From NCBI GenBank assembly GCA_039917225.1, contig JBDSJV010000035.1:1-32866 (forward strand): 32,866 nt of DNA. Reading direction: 5' to 3'. A model generated the notes under the pieces. The model was not told the DNA's origin. It made no database searches and worked only from the letters and a program-made list of their open reading frames with translations. The stretch comes from Candidatus Limnocylindrales bacterium (GTDB lineage: Bacteria > Chloroflexota > Limnocylindria > Limnocylindrales > CSP1-4). The translations under genes and the position numbers were made by a program. Within the stretch, counting starts at the first letter, position 1. Each line of letters starts with the position of its first letter. This document shows, one piece after another, positions 1 to 8,783 of this stretch.

Positions 1-2004
1 GCCGGCGACCAGGTCCTCAAGCAGATGCTGGACGACGGCATCGATCCACCCCTGCCGTTCGAGATGCAGCCGAAGACCGGTCGCAAGGCCGCCGTCATCG
101 GATCCGGCCCGGCCGGCATGGCCGCCGCCTACTACCTGCTCCTCAGCGGCCACGACGTGACCGTCTTCGAACGGGACGCGGCACCCGGCGGCATGCTCCG
201 CTACGGCATCCCGCAGTACCGTCTGCCGAAGGTCGAGGTCCTCGAGGCGGAGTACGAATCCGTCACCCGACTCGGCGGCAAGATCGTCTGCAACCAGGGA
301 CTCGGGCGGGACTTCACCCTGGACGACCTCCAGTTCCAGGGCTTCGATGCGGTCATTATCGCCATCGGCTGCTACGACACGAACAAGCTCGGCGTCCCGG
401 GCGAGGACGCGGCCGAGGTGCTCGACGGCCTCGAGTACCTGCGGACCGCGACACTCGGCCTGCCGTATCCGAACCATGTCGGCAAGCGCGTCGTCGTTAT
501 CGGCGGCGGCTTCACCTCGATGGACTCCACTCGGACCTCCGTCCGCCAGGGCGCCAAGGAAGTCACGCTCGTCTATCGCCGCGACATGAAGGACATGCCA
601 GCCGCGGGCGAGGTCCACGAGGCGATCGAAGAGGGCGTCACCGCCATCTTCCAGGCCGGCCCGACCCGGGTCATCACAGACGCCAAGGGCAACGTGACCG
701 GCGTCGAGTTCATCCGGATGGCGCTCGGTGAGCCCGACGCGTCCGGACGGCGGCGACCGCAGCCGGCACCCGGCACGGAATTCACGATCCCCTGTGACAG
801 GGTCCTGCTGGCCATCGGCCAGGGACCGGACCTGACATGGATCGGACCCGGATCCACGGGGCCGACCGCAACCAAGAACAAGCGCCTGCAGGCCGACGCC
901 GTCACGTTCGAAACGGCCCGTCGTGGCGTGTTCGCGACTGGCGACGTGCGGATCGGTGCAGCCACCGTGGTCCAGGCGGTCGCCGAGGGCCGCCGTTCCG
1001 CCTACGCGGCCGACGCCTATCTCCGCGGTCACGACCTGTCCGAGATCAAGACCCGCCAGACCCTGGCCGAGCCCCAGCCCGAGTTCCTGTCAATCGTCCC
1101 CTTCACCTCGGAGGCGAAGGAGCCGCGATACCGCCTCAAGGCCCTCGAGCCCGACGTCCGCAACAGCAGCTACGTCGAGTACGAGATCCCGTACTCGGTG
1201 GCCGAAGTGGTCGCCGAATCGACCCGCTGTCTGCAATGCACCTGCGAGGCGATCGGCTTCTGCGACCTCCGTCGCCTCGGGATCGAGTACGGAACCACGC
1301 TCCAGACGCTGGAGCCGCAGCACCACCAGGGCGCCGGCTACCGGAGCGTCACCGAGAACCGCTTCACCGGCGTCAACCACGACTACATCCGCGACGACAG
1401 CCACGCCTTCATCCTGCGCGAGCCGTCGCGCTGCATCGACTGCGGCCGCTGCGCGACCGTGTGCGCCGAGGTCGTCGGGGCGGCCTGCTACGACTTCATG
1501 CGCATCGGCTTCGACACGCTCGTGACGACGCCGCTCGATATGAGCCTCAACGACACGCCGTGCGTGTCATGCGGACGGTGCGCCGAGACGTGCCCGACCG
1601 GCGCGCTGATGCCCAAGCCGCGCATCCTCCAGAAGTTCGAGGTCGACGAGAGCCGCTGCATCCTGTGCGGCATCTGCGTCGACGCCTGCCCGTACGACGC
1701 ACTGCGCCATGGCGACGAGTTCGAGCTCGCGCACACCAGCCGCGAGGAGCCGATGATCGACCTGATGGCCCTCGCCTCGATCGATCGCGAGACCGACGTG
1801 ACCTACATCCGGCGCGAGCGTGACTGGCTCCAGCGAGCGGTCGAGGAGGGCCGCTTCGTCGATCGCGCGAAGCTCCTGCCCGTCCTCCCGGCCTCGGTCG
1901 CTTCATCCGGCGGCAACGGCAGCGCAAACGGCAGCGCGAAGGCGCTGCAGACCGGTGGCCACGACCACGGTGGGGCGGGCGGCACGCACGCCCACACGAA
2001 GTAG
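1..2004 (+). CDS. 5'-truncated multidomain flavo-iron-sulfur oxidoreductase: GltD-like NAD(P)H/FAD domain, then NuoG-N-terminal-like Cys clusters, then a NuoI-like 2x[4Fe-4S] C-terminus
   Basis: Frame 1 is open from nt 1 with no stop before the first ATG at 25, so the 5' end lies outside the window. GltD-like motifs: dinucleotide folds 'KAAVIGSGPAGMAAAYYL' and 'RVVVIGGGFTSMD', plus 'VFATGDVRIGAATVVQAVAEGRRSA'. Four Cys motifs follow: 'CLQCTCEAIGFCDL', 'RCIDCGRCATVCAEVVG', 'CVSCGRCAETCPTGAL' and 'CILCGICVDACPYDAL'. Next comes a NuoI-like post-cluster segment 'DEFELAHTSREEPMIDL' and a Gly/Ser/Asn/His-rich tail. The TAG stop at 2002-2004 is 7 nt before the nuoJ ATG. Confidence 0.8.
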   Translation, partial: AGDQVLKQMLDDGIDPPLPFEMQPKTGRKAAVIGSGPAGMAAAYYLLLSGHDVTVFERDAAPGGMLRYGIPQYRLPKVEVLEAEYESVTRLGGKIVCNQGLGRDFTLDDLQFQGFDAVIIAIGCYDTNKLGVPGEDAAEVLDGLEYLRTATLGLPYPNHVGKRVVVIGGGFTSMDSTRTSVRQGAKEVTLVYRRDMKDMPAAGEVHEAIEEGVTAIFQAGPTRVITDAKGNVTGVEFIRMALGEPDASGRRRPQPAPGTEFTIPCDRVLLAIGQGPDLTWIGPGSTGPTATKNKRLQADAVTFETARRGVFATGDVRIGAATVVQAVAEGRRSAYAADAYLRGHDLSEIKTRQTLAEPQPEFLSIVPFTSEAKEPRYRLKALEPDVRNSSYVEYEIPYSVAEVVAESTRCLQCTCEAIGFCDLRRLGIEYGTTLQTLEPQHHQGAGYRSVTENRFTGVNHDYIRDDSHAFILREPSRCIDCGRCATVCAEVVGAACYDFMRIGFDTLVTTPLDMSLNDTPCVSCGRCAETCPTGALMPKPRILQKFEVDESRCILCGICVDACPYDALRHGDEFELAHTSREEPMIDLMALASIDRETDVTYIRRERDWLQRAVEEGRFVDRAKLLPVLPASVASSGGNGSANGSAKALQTGGHDHGGAGGTHAHTK

Positions 2005-2011
2005 CCGACCG

Positions 2012-2602
2012 ATGCGAGCCTGGATGAACCTGCTGATCGCCGCCATCGCCGGCGCGATCATCACGACGCCTGCGTTGCTGGTCTTCGTCCTGGGCGGGGG
2101 GTCCGTGGATGACGCCCTGTTCGCGGCCCTCGCGACGCTGATGCTGACCTCCGCTCTGCTGGTGGTCACGATGCGGGACATCATCCGCTGCGGACTGGCG
2201 ATGATCGTGGCGTTTCTGGCCCTGGCCGGGATCTACGTCATCGTCGGCGCTCCGCTCGTCGCCGCAGCCCAGGTCATCGTCTACATCGGTGCGATCAGCG
2301 TCCTGATCCTGTTCGCGATCATGCTGACGGAGTCGAAGGCGGCTCCCTCGCGACTGGTGTTCCAGACGCAGGCGATCCCCGCCGCGGTGGCCTCGATCAT
2401 CCTGGCGGTCCTGATCACGCTCGGGATCAGCGCGACGGACTGGGGAGCCGCGGCCGTTCGCTTCCGATTGGGAACCGAGGCGTTGGCACAGGTGCTGTTC
2501 CGCGACTATGTCCTGCCCTTCGAAGTGGTCAGCGTCCTGCTCCTCGCCGCCGTGGTGGGCGGCGTCTTCATCGCCAAGCGCGAGCCCGAGGATCCGAGCT
2601 GA
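2012..2602 (+). CDS. nuoJ: NADH-quinone oxidoreductase subunit J
   Basis: '[21 protein letters not shown]' and C-terminal '[26 protein letters not shown]' are NuoJ/ND6 hallmarks. The protein has several TM helices. ATG 2012 is in frame with the listed ORF 1820..2602 and lies 7 nt after the upstream stop. A GTG at 2105 would give a more canonical length. The stop shares one nt with the nuoK ATG (TGATG). Confidence 0.88.
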   Translation: MRAWMNLLIAAIAGAIITTPALLVFVLGGGSVDDALFAALATLMLTSALLVVTMRDIIRCGLAMIVAFLALAGIYVIVGAPLVAAAQVIVYIGAISVLILFAIMLTESKAAPSRLVFQTQAIPAAVASIILAVLITLGISATDWGAAAVRFRLGTEALAQVLFRDYVLPFEVVSVLLLAAVVGGVFIAKREPEDPS

Positions 2603-2919
2603 TGGGCCTGGCCAACTCGCTCGACGCCTACCTGGTCCTGTCGGGCGCCCTCTTCGCGATCGGCACGTTCGGCTTCCTCGCCCGCCGCAACGCGATCAGC
2701 ATGCTGATGTCGATCGAGCTGATGCTCAACGCGGTCAACCTCGCGATCGTCGCCTTCGGCTCGTTCGTTCCGGCCCTCAAGGCTGATGGCTCGATCATCG
2801 CCCTGATGGTCATGGCCGTGGCCGCGGCCGAAGCCACCGTCGGGCTGGCGATCATCATCGCCATCTATCGGAATCGGAAGACGCCGCTGGTCGACGAGTA
2901 CGACCACATGCGCCGGTGA
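2602..2919 (+). CDS. nuoK: NADH-quinone oxidoreductase subunit K
   Basis: 105 aa with three hydrophobic helices. '[40 protein letters not shown]' is typical of NuoK/ND4L, including the membrane Glu. It lies between nuoJ and nuoL with overlapping start and stop codons. Confidence 0.95.
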   Translation: MGLANSLDAYLVLSGALFAIGTFGFLARRNAISMLMSIELMLNAVNLAIVAFGSFVPALKADGSIIALMVMAVAAAEATVGLAIIIAIYRNRKTPLVDEYDHMRR

Positions 2920-4907
2920 GCATGGAGACGCTGATCCCGCTGATCGCCGCCCTGCCAATCGCCGGCTTCCTGTTCACGGCCGCCGTCGGGCGTCGCCTCG
3001 GACAACAGGCCCATATCGTCCCGGTCGCCGCCGTCGCGATCAGCTGGCTGATCGCCATGATCGTCGTCTTCACGGCCCTGACCGGCGGGTTCGGCGAGGA
3101 GGGGCGGTCGGTCAAGCTGTGGGACTGGATCCCCGCCGGGGGCTTTCACATCGAGGCAGCGTTCTTCGTTGACAACCTGACCGCGGTCCTGCTGATCGTG
3201 GTCACGACGATCGGCTTGCTCGTCCATGTCTACTCGATCGGCTACATGAGCCACGACCCGGGCTACTGGCGCTTCTTCGCCTACCTGAATCTGTTCATGT
3301 TCTCGATGCTCCTGCTCGTCCTCGGCGACAGCTGGCTGACGGTCTTCGTCGCCTGGGAACTGGTGGGCCTGTCCAGCTACTTGCTGATCGGCTTCTGGTA
3401 CCGCAAGAACTCGGCGGCCCTGGCCAGCAAGAAGGCGTTCATCGTCAACCGCGTCGGTGACGTCGGCTTCGCCCTCGGCATCATGGCGATCTGGGTCAAT
3501 ACCGGAACGCTCAACATCCGCGAGTCGATCGACGTCCTGACGAGCGAGACTTTCACGGCCTTCCCGATCCCGGTCGCGATCGTGGCGCTCCTTCTGTTCG
3601 CCGGAGCGATGGGCAAGAGCGCCCAGTTCCCGCTCCACGTCTGGCTACCGGACGCGATGGAGGGTCCAACCCCGGTCTCGGCCCTGATCCATGCGGCCAC
3701 GATGGTCAACGCCGGCGTCTACCTCGTCGCCCGGGCCAATCCGATCTTCGCCAGCGCGCCGGAGGCTATGGTGGTGGTGGCCGGGATCGGGATCTTCACG
3801 GCGATCCTGGCGGCCTCGATCGCGATGACCCAGACGGACATCAAGCGGGTCCTGGCCTATTCGACGCTGTCCCAGCTCGGCTACATGTTCGCGGCTCTCG
3901 GCGTCGGGGCGTGGACGGCGGCGATCTTCCACCTCATGACCCACGGCTTCTTCAAGGGCCTCCTCTTCCTCGGCTCGGGCTCGGTGATCCATGCGGTCCA
4001 CGAGGAGCAGGACATGCGGAAGATGGGCGGGCTGGCGAAGAAGATCCCGCACACCTACTGGACGATGCTGATCGGGTCGATCGCCATCGCGGGCATCCCG
4101 CCACTGGCCGGCTTCTTCTCCAAGGACGAGATCCTCGGCGAGGCGTTCAAGCTCGGCTTCGCCTGGGTCTGGGCGATCGGCGTACTCGTGGCGGTCATGA
4201 CCGCGTTCTACATGTTCCGACTCATCGGACTGACCTTCTGGGGCGAGAGCCGCGTGGACAAGGCGGTCGAGCCGAAGATCCACGAGTCGCCGCGGGTCAT
4301 GACCATTCCGCTCTGGCTGCTGGCGATTCCGTCGCTGCTCCTCGGCCTGGTCCTGGCGTGGCCGGGCCCGCCGCTCGGTCCGCTTTTCGGACAGGAGGGG
4401 CCGGGGCTTCTCGCCGGGTGGCTCGAACCGGTCTACCACGACGGCCTCGAGATCCTGGGCCACCACGAGGCCGAGTTCGCCCTCTTCGGCATCGATGGCG
4501 TGCTCATCCTGATCAGCGTCGCGGTCGCCGTCATCGGCATGGTCGCCGCCTGGCGGCTGTTCGGCGTCGAGATCGGCGGCCTCCGTCGGGGCGGGAACCC
4601 TGCGCAGGTCCAGGCCCTGTCCGCCCGCGTGCCGTTCCTCTACCGCGCCTCGCTCAACAAGTGGTGGTTCGATGAGCTCAACCATCTGGTGTTCATCGTC
4701 ATCGGCGGGCGCATCGCGGCCTTCCTGTGGTGGTTCGATGCCAACATCGTGGACGGCATCGTGAACGGCATCGGTACCGTCACCCGCCTGAGCGGCGGAG
4801 GGCTTGCCCGCGTCCAGACGGGCCGGGTCCAGAACTACGCCCTGGGAATCGCGATCGGGCTCATCGTGATGGTCGCTTCGTACGCCCTGATGACAGGAGG
4901 TCGCTAG
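2916..4907 (+). CDS. nuoL: NADH-quinone oxidoreductase subunit L
   Basis: 663 aa with an antiporter-like core: '[16 protein letters not shown]' and '[34 protein letters not shown]'. The long C-terminal extension carries 'KWWFDE' and '[15 protein letters not shown]', typical of the NuoL lateral-helix region. GTG 2916 overlaps the nuoK stop (GTGA). ATG 2922 is an alternative start. Confidence 0.95.
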   Translation: MSMETLIPLIAALPIAGFLFTAAVGRRLGQQAHIVPVAAVAISWLIAMIVVFTALTGGFGEEGRSVKLWDWIPAGGFHIEAAFFVDNLTAVLLIVVTTIGLLVHVYSIGYMSHDPGYWRFFAYLNLFMFSMLLLVLGDSWLTVFVAWELVGLSSYLLIGFWYRKNSAALASKKAFIVNRVGDVGFALGIMAIWVNTGTLNIRESIDVLTSETFTAFPIPVAIVALLLFAGAMGKSAQFPLHVWLPDAMEGPTPVSALIHAATMVNAGVYLVARANPIFASAPEAMVVVAGIGIFTAILAASIAMTQTDIKRVLAYSTLSQLGYMFAALGVGAWTAAIFHLMTHGFFKGLLFLGSGSVIHAVHEEQDMRKMGGLAKKIPHTYWTMLIGSIAIAGIPPLAGFFSKDEILGEAFKLGFAWVWAIGVLVAVMTAFYMFRLIGLTFWGESRVDKAVEPKIHESPRVMTIPLWLLAIPSLLLGLVLAWPGPPLGPLFGQEGPGLLAGWLEPVYHDGLEILGHHEAEFALFGIDGVLILISVAVAVIGMVAAWRLFGVEIGGLRRGGNPAQVQALSARVPFLYRASLNKWWFDELNHLVFIVIGGRIAAFLWWFDANIVDGIVNGIGTVTRLSGGGLARVQTGRVQNYALGIAIGLIVMVASYALMTGGR

Positions 4908-4909
4908 CC

Positions 4910-6547
4910 GTGGACGGTCTGCCGATCCTGTCGCTCATCACGTTCCTGCCGCTGGCGGGGGCGCTTCTGATCGCGTTCCTGCCGTCGACCTACGCGCGAC
5001 CGGTCGCCCTCGGAGCCGCACTCCTCACCTGGATCGTGTCCCTCCTCCTGGCGATCGGCTTCTCGGCCAGTCGCGGCGGGTTGTTCCAGTTCACCGAGGA
5101 GGTGTCCTGGATCCCGGCCTTCGGGATCGAGTACAAGCTCGGCGTCGACGGGCTGTCGCTCCTGCTGGTGGTCCTGACCACGACGCTGTCGTGGATCAGC
5201 ATCCTGGCCAGCTTCAAGCCGATCCAGACCCGGATCAAGGAATACATGATCTCGTTCCTGATCCTCGAGGTCGGCATGATCGGCGTGTTCCTGGCCCTCG
5301 ACACGTTCCTCTTCTACATCTTCTGGGAGATCGTCCTCGTCCCGATGTACCTGATCATCGGGATCTGGGGTGGCGCGAACCGCATCTACGCCACGATCAA
5401 GTTCGTCCTCTACACCCTCGTCGGCTCGCTGCTCATGCTGGTGGCCATCCTCGCCACGGCATTCGCCTTCCAGGCGGCCCACGGCGGGGACTGGACGGGG
5501 GCCTTCGACTACGAGGCCCTGCGGGCCTTCGCGGCCAGCGGCGGCGGCTTCGATCCGACGCTCCAGCTGCTCGCCTTCGGGGCGTTCTTCCTCGCCTTCG
5601 CGATCAAGGTCCCGATGTTCCCGTTCCACACCTGGCTGCCCGACGCCCACGTCGAGGCGCCGACCGCCGGCTCGGTCATCCTGGCCGGTGTTCTGCTGAA
5701 GCTCGGTGGCTACGGGTTCATCCGCTACGGCCTGTCGTTCTACCCGGATGCGGCCCAGACCTACGCGCCGGCCATCATCATCCTGAGCCTCATCGCCATC
5801 ATCTATGGGGCGATCGTGGCGCTGGTCCAGCCGGACCTCAAGAAGCTCGTCGCGTACTCGTCGGTCAGCCACATGGGCTTCGTGACGCTCGGGATCTTCA
5901 TCTTCCAGCCGCAGGGCATGGAAGGAGCGATTCTCCAGATGGTCAACCATGGCCTGATAACCGGCGCCCTCTTCCTCCTCGTCGGCGTGATCTATGAGCG
6001 CACGCACGATCGGGCGATCGCCAGGATGGGCGGACTGGCGGCGCGAATGCCGGTCTACGTGACGATCTTCGGGTTCTTCGTCTTCGCCTCGGCCGGGCTG
6101 CCCGGTCTGTCCGGCTTCGTCGGGGAGTTCCTCACCCTCGTCGGCGCCTTCAGCTTCAATCCGTTGACCGCCGCGGTGGCCACGTTCGTGATGATCCTCG
6201 GGGCCGCCTACCTGCTCTGGATGTTCCAGCGCGTTGCGACCGGCGAACTGTCCTCGTTCCTGTCCGGACTCGGCTCCCACCTGACCGACGTCAGCCCGAC
6301 CGAGATCCTGACCCTGGCCCCGCTCATGGCGCTGGTGGTGGCCTTCGGGTTGTTCCCGGGGATCCTGCTCGACGTCATCAACGGCTCGGTGGACCGGGCG
6401 CTGGCGGACGTCAACGGCGGGGCGGCGATTGCCATCGACCCGCTCGCTCTCGCGATCGGGCTCGGTGCGCTCGCGGCCGTCGTGGTCCTGCGGGTCGTGA
6501 CACTCCCGATGTTCCGGGGTCGGGCCTCGGCCGAGAACTCCGCATGA
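4910..6547 (+). CDS. nuoM: NADH-quinone oxidoreductase subunit M
   Basis: 'KVPMFPFHTWLPDAHVEAPTAGSVILAGVLLKLGGYG' is an ND4/NuoM hallmark. GTG 4910 is in frame with the listed ORF 4727..6547, lies 2 nt after the nuoL stop, and is preceded by AGGAGG at 4895-4900. The listed upstream extension overlaps nuoL and reads as Arg-rich nonsense. Confidence 0.92.
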   Translation: MDGLPILSLITFLPLAGALLIAFLPSTYARPVALGAALLTWIVSLLLAIGFSASRGGLFQFTEEVSWIPAFGIEYKLGVDGLSLLLVVLTTTLSWISILASFKPIQTRIKEYMISFLILEVGMIGVFLALDTFLFYIFWEIVLVPMYLIIGIWGGANRIYATIKFVLYTLVGSLLMLVAILATAFAFQAAHGGDWTGAFDYEALRAFAASGGGFDPTLQLLAFGAFFLAFAIKVPMFPFHTWLPDAHVEAPTAGSVILAGVLLKLGGYGFIRYGLSFYPDAAQTYAPAIIILSLIAIIYGAIVALVQPDLKKLVAYSSVSHMGFVTLGIFIFQPQGMEGAILQMVNHGLITGALFLLVGVIYERTHDRAIARMGGLAARMPVYVTIFGFFVFASAGLPGLSGFVGEFLTLVGAFSFNPLTAAVATFVMILGAAYLLWMFQRVATGELSSFLSGLGSHLTDVSPTEILTLAPLMALVVAFGLFPGILLDVINGSVDRALADVNGGAAIAIDPLALAIGLGALAAVVVLRVVTLPMFRGRASAENSA

Positions 6548-6557
6548 GCGCCACCTG

Positions 6558-8030
6558 ATGACCTTCGAGGACCTCGTAACGATCGCCCCGTTCGTCGCGG
6601 CCATCCTGGTCGCGTGCGGTGTCGTCGTGGCCGACATCATCGTCCCGGGACGCCGAACGGCGGTGCTGGCGGTGGCGTTCGCCGGTCTTGCCGTCATCGC
6701 GCTGCTCACGATCAGCGCTGGAACGACCGCCGCCACGGCCTTCGGCGGTTCGTATCGCGTCGACGACCTGACGACCTACCTCGACCTGATCTTCATCGGG
6801 ATCGTCGCCCTGACGCTGCTCTTTGCTCCGGACTACCTGGAGGCGCGGCGACTGCCCCTCGCCGAGTTCACGGCGGTGCTGCTGTTCGCGATGACCGGCG
6901 CGATGCTGCTTGCGGCATCGGCCGACCTCCTCGTCCTGTTCATTGGCCTCGAACTGATGGTCCTGCCGGGCTACCTGCTCGCCGGCTACCACAAGTCGGA
7001 CGGCTTCTCGACCGAGGGCGCGATCAAGTACTTCCTGCTGGGATCGTTCAGCTCGGCGATCTTCCTGTTCGGCCTGGCATTCGTCTGGGGCCTCACCGGG
7101 ACGACCCGAATCAGCGAGGTCGCCGATTCGCTGGCGGCGATGACCGCAACGGGTGGCCTGTCCGCGGGATTGGCGCTCGGCCTCGCCTTCATGTCCACCG
7201 GCGTCGCCTTCAAGATCGCCGCGGTCCCGTTCCACTACTGGACACCGGACGCCTACCAGGGCTCGCCGACGCCGGTCACCGGGTACCTCAGCGTCGGGCC
7301 GAAGATCGGTGCGTTCGCCCTCATCCTTCGCCTCTTCGTCGAGGCGCTCGGCCCGCTCAAGCTCGACTGGTTGCCGGTCGTGGTGGTCCTGGCCATCCTG
7401 ACCATGACCCTCGGCAACCTCGTGGCGCTGACCCAGACCAACGTCAAGCGGATGCTGGCCTACAGCTCCATCGCCCACACCGGCTACATCCTCGTTGGTC
7501 TCGCCGCCTATGCCGCCGGTCGGATCGAGGGCCTCGAGGGCCTGCTGTTCTACGGGGCCGCCTACTCGGTCATGAACCTCGGCGTCTTTGCCGTCATCGC
7601 GGCGCTCCAGCGGCGCCAGGGCGTGACATCAAACCTGGATACCTTCGCCGGCCTCGTCCGGCGCGAGCCGGCCCTCGCGATCCTGATGACGCTGTTCCTG
7701 CTCTCGCTGACCGGTATTCCCCCGACGGCCGGGTTCTTCGCCAAGGCGTACGTGATCCTGGCCGCGGTCCAGGCGAGCCAGGCCGGGACCGACATCCTCG
7801 GGCTGCTGGCTGTGGTCGCAGTCCTGAACGCGGCGGCGGCGGCGTTCTACTACCTCCGCGTCGTGGTCTACATGTTCATGCGGGATCCGGCGTCCGACGA
7901 GCCCGGACTGGCGCACGGCCGGCTGATGTGGATCGGGTTGGCCGTCACGGCGCTGCTGACGGTCGCCTTCGGGCTGATCCCCGGTCCCTTGCTCGAGATC
8001 GTCGGGGCCGCCGCCCGCGCCATCGGGTAG
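6558..8030 (+). CDS. nuoN: NADH-quinone oxidoreductase subunit N
   Basis: 490 aa. 'KIAAVPFHYWTPDAYQGSPTPVTGYLSVGPK' and 'KRMLAYSSIAHTGYIL' are ND2/NuoN hallmarks. It is the last gene of the nuo run. Confidence 0.93.
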   Translation: MTFEDLVTIAPFVAAILVACGVVVADIIVPGRRTAVLAVAFAGLAVIALLTISAGTTAATAFGGSYRVDDLTTYLDLIFIGIVALTLLFAPDYLEARRLPLAEFTAVLLFAMTGAMLLAASADLLVLFIGLELMVLPGYLLAGYHKSDGFSTEGAIKYFLLGSFSSAIFLFGLAFVWGLTGTTRISEVADSLAAMTATGGLSAGLALGLAFMSTGVAFKIAAVPFHYWTPDAYQGSPTPVTGYLSVGPKIGAFALILRLFVEALGPLKLDWLPVVVVLAILTMTLGNLVALTQTNVKRMLAYSSIAHTGYILVGLAAYAAGRIEGLEGLLFYGAAYSVMNLGVFAVIAALQRRQGVTSNLDTFAGLVRREPALAILMTLFLLSLTGIPPTAGFFAKAYVILAAVQASQAGTDILGLLAVVAVLNAAAAAFYYLRVVVYMFMRDPASDEPGLAHGRLMWIGLAVTALLTVAFGLIPGPLLEIVGAAARAIG

Positions 8031-8034
8031 ACGT

Positions 8035-8054
8035 CCGGCGCGCTGGCGCGCTGG
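8035..8054. terminator. GC-rich hairpin between convergent nuoN and the redoxin gene; possible bidirectional terminator
   Basis: CCGGCGCG (8035-8042), loop CTGG, CGCGCTGG (8047-8054). This gives an 8-bp stem with one G-U pair. It sits in the 37-nt gap between the two stop codons. No U-tract follows, so the call is weak. Confidence 0.3.
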
Positions 8055-8067
8055 CGTGCCGCGATGG

Positions 8068-8718
8068 TCAGGGCGTGACCGTGACGCCGGGCAGGATCGT
8101 GCGAAGGTTCTCTGCCATCTGGTCGGGCCCGATCCCACCGATCGCCCCGGCCCGAATGATCCCCTCGCGATCCACCCAGAAGTGGATCGGCAGGGCGATG
8201 GCACCCCAGGCTTCCGCGGCCGTCCCGTCGACATCCAGGCCAACCGGGAACGGAGCGTTGACCAGTTTGACGAAGGAGGCGACGGTCCCCTCGTCCTCGC
8301 GGACGTCGATGGCCAGTACGACCAGGCCGGCATCCGCGTAGCGGGTGGCGAATCCGCCCATCAGCGGGAACTCGTCCACACACAGCAGACAGGTCGTCTG
8401 CATGAAATTGATCCATACCGGCCGCCCGGCGAGGTTCGCGAGGTCCACCTTGCCGCCGCCCAGCTGGGGGACTGACAGCGCCGGAGCCGGCTCGCCGATG
8501 TGGAACACGACGGTGCCGATCGTCGCCCCGACCGTCGGCGGCGGCTTCGTGATCGCGGCCTCGGTCGCTGACGGGGAGGCCGTCGCAACAGGTGGCGCCG
8601 TCGTCGCGCCAGGGAACGGGGTCAGCTCGGGCAGGAGAGCGACGGCCGCCACCAGGATCGCCACGGCGGCGACGGAGCCAGCGAACAGCCCGGCGATGAC
8701 AGCGGCACGTGGTCCCAT
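8068..8718 (-). CDS. Membrane-anchored TlpA/ResA-like thioredoxin-fold thiol:disulfide oxidoreductase
   Basis: N-terminal TM 'AAVIAGLFAGSVAAVAILVAAVALL', a Pro/Thr/Ala-rich linker, then a redoxin fold: 'GRPVWINFMQTTCLLCVDEFP' (CxxC = C-L-L-C) ... 'LVVLAIDVRED' ... 'ALPIHFWVDREGII'. Start set at ATG 8718 (residue 65 of the listed ORF). The upstream 64 codons are Arg/Pro-rich and overlap the divergent gene. Confidence 0.8.
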   Translation of the reverse strand: MGPRAAVIAGLFAGSVAAVAILVAAVALLPELTPFPGATTAPPVATASPSATEAAITKPPPTVGATIGTVVFHIGEPAPALSVPQLGGGKVDLANLAGRPVWINFMQTTCLLCVDEFPLMGGFATRYADAGLVVLAIDVREDEGTVASFVKLVNAPFPVGLDVDGTAAEAWGAIALPIHFWVDREGIIRAGAIGGIGPDQMAENLRTILPGVTVTP

Positions 8719-8783
8719 CGGTCGAGCGTACCAGTACGAGCGGGTCCCGGGCGACCCATCGGCACCGCTGCTAGCCTTCCTCC

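Noticed and set aside
347-1927. Alternate-frame and antisense ORFs inside the GltD-NuoI fusion gene (for example 837..1823 +, 923..1525 +, 1547..1927 -)
   Set aside because: They have no recognisable motifs and an Arg/Pro/Ser-rich composition. The frame-1 product has continuous, well-known domain signatures.
2865-4685. Minus-strand ORFs 2865..3638 and 3645..4685 antisense to nuoL, plus the plus-strand alternate frame 3911..4675
   Set aside because: These are low-complexity charged or Arg/Pro-rich translations that lie fully inside nuoL, which has unmistakable antiporter-subunit motifs.
4660-4745. Direct repeat GTGGTGGTTCGATG (about 4664 and about 4727) near the 3' end of nuoL
   Set aside because: It encodes the duplicated 'WWFD' peptide motif of the NuoL C-terminal region. 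This is a protein-level repeat, not a DNA element.
4904-6736. 610-aa minus-strand ORF antisense to nuoM
   Set aside because: Its composition is dominated by Arg/Asp/Glu/Gly/His/Pro with no motifs. It mirrors a confidently identified nuoM frame, a typical shadow ORF in high-GC DNA.
6411-8341. ORFs 6411..7478 (-), 7629..8333 (-) and 6614..8341 (+) overlapping nuoN and the redoxin gene
   Set aside because: These are Arg/Gly/Pro-rich nonsense frames. nuoN (6558..8030) and the redoxin (8068..8718) account for the region.
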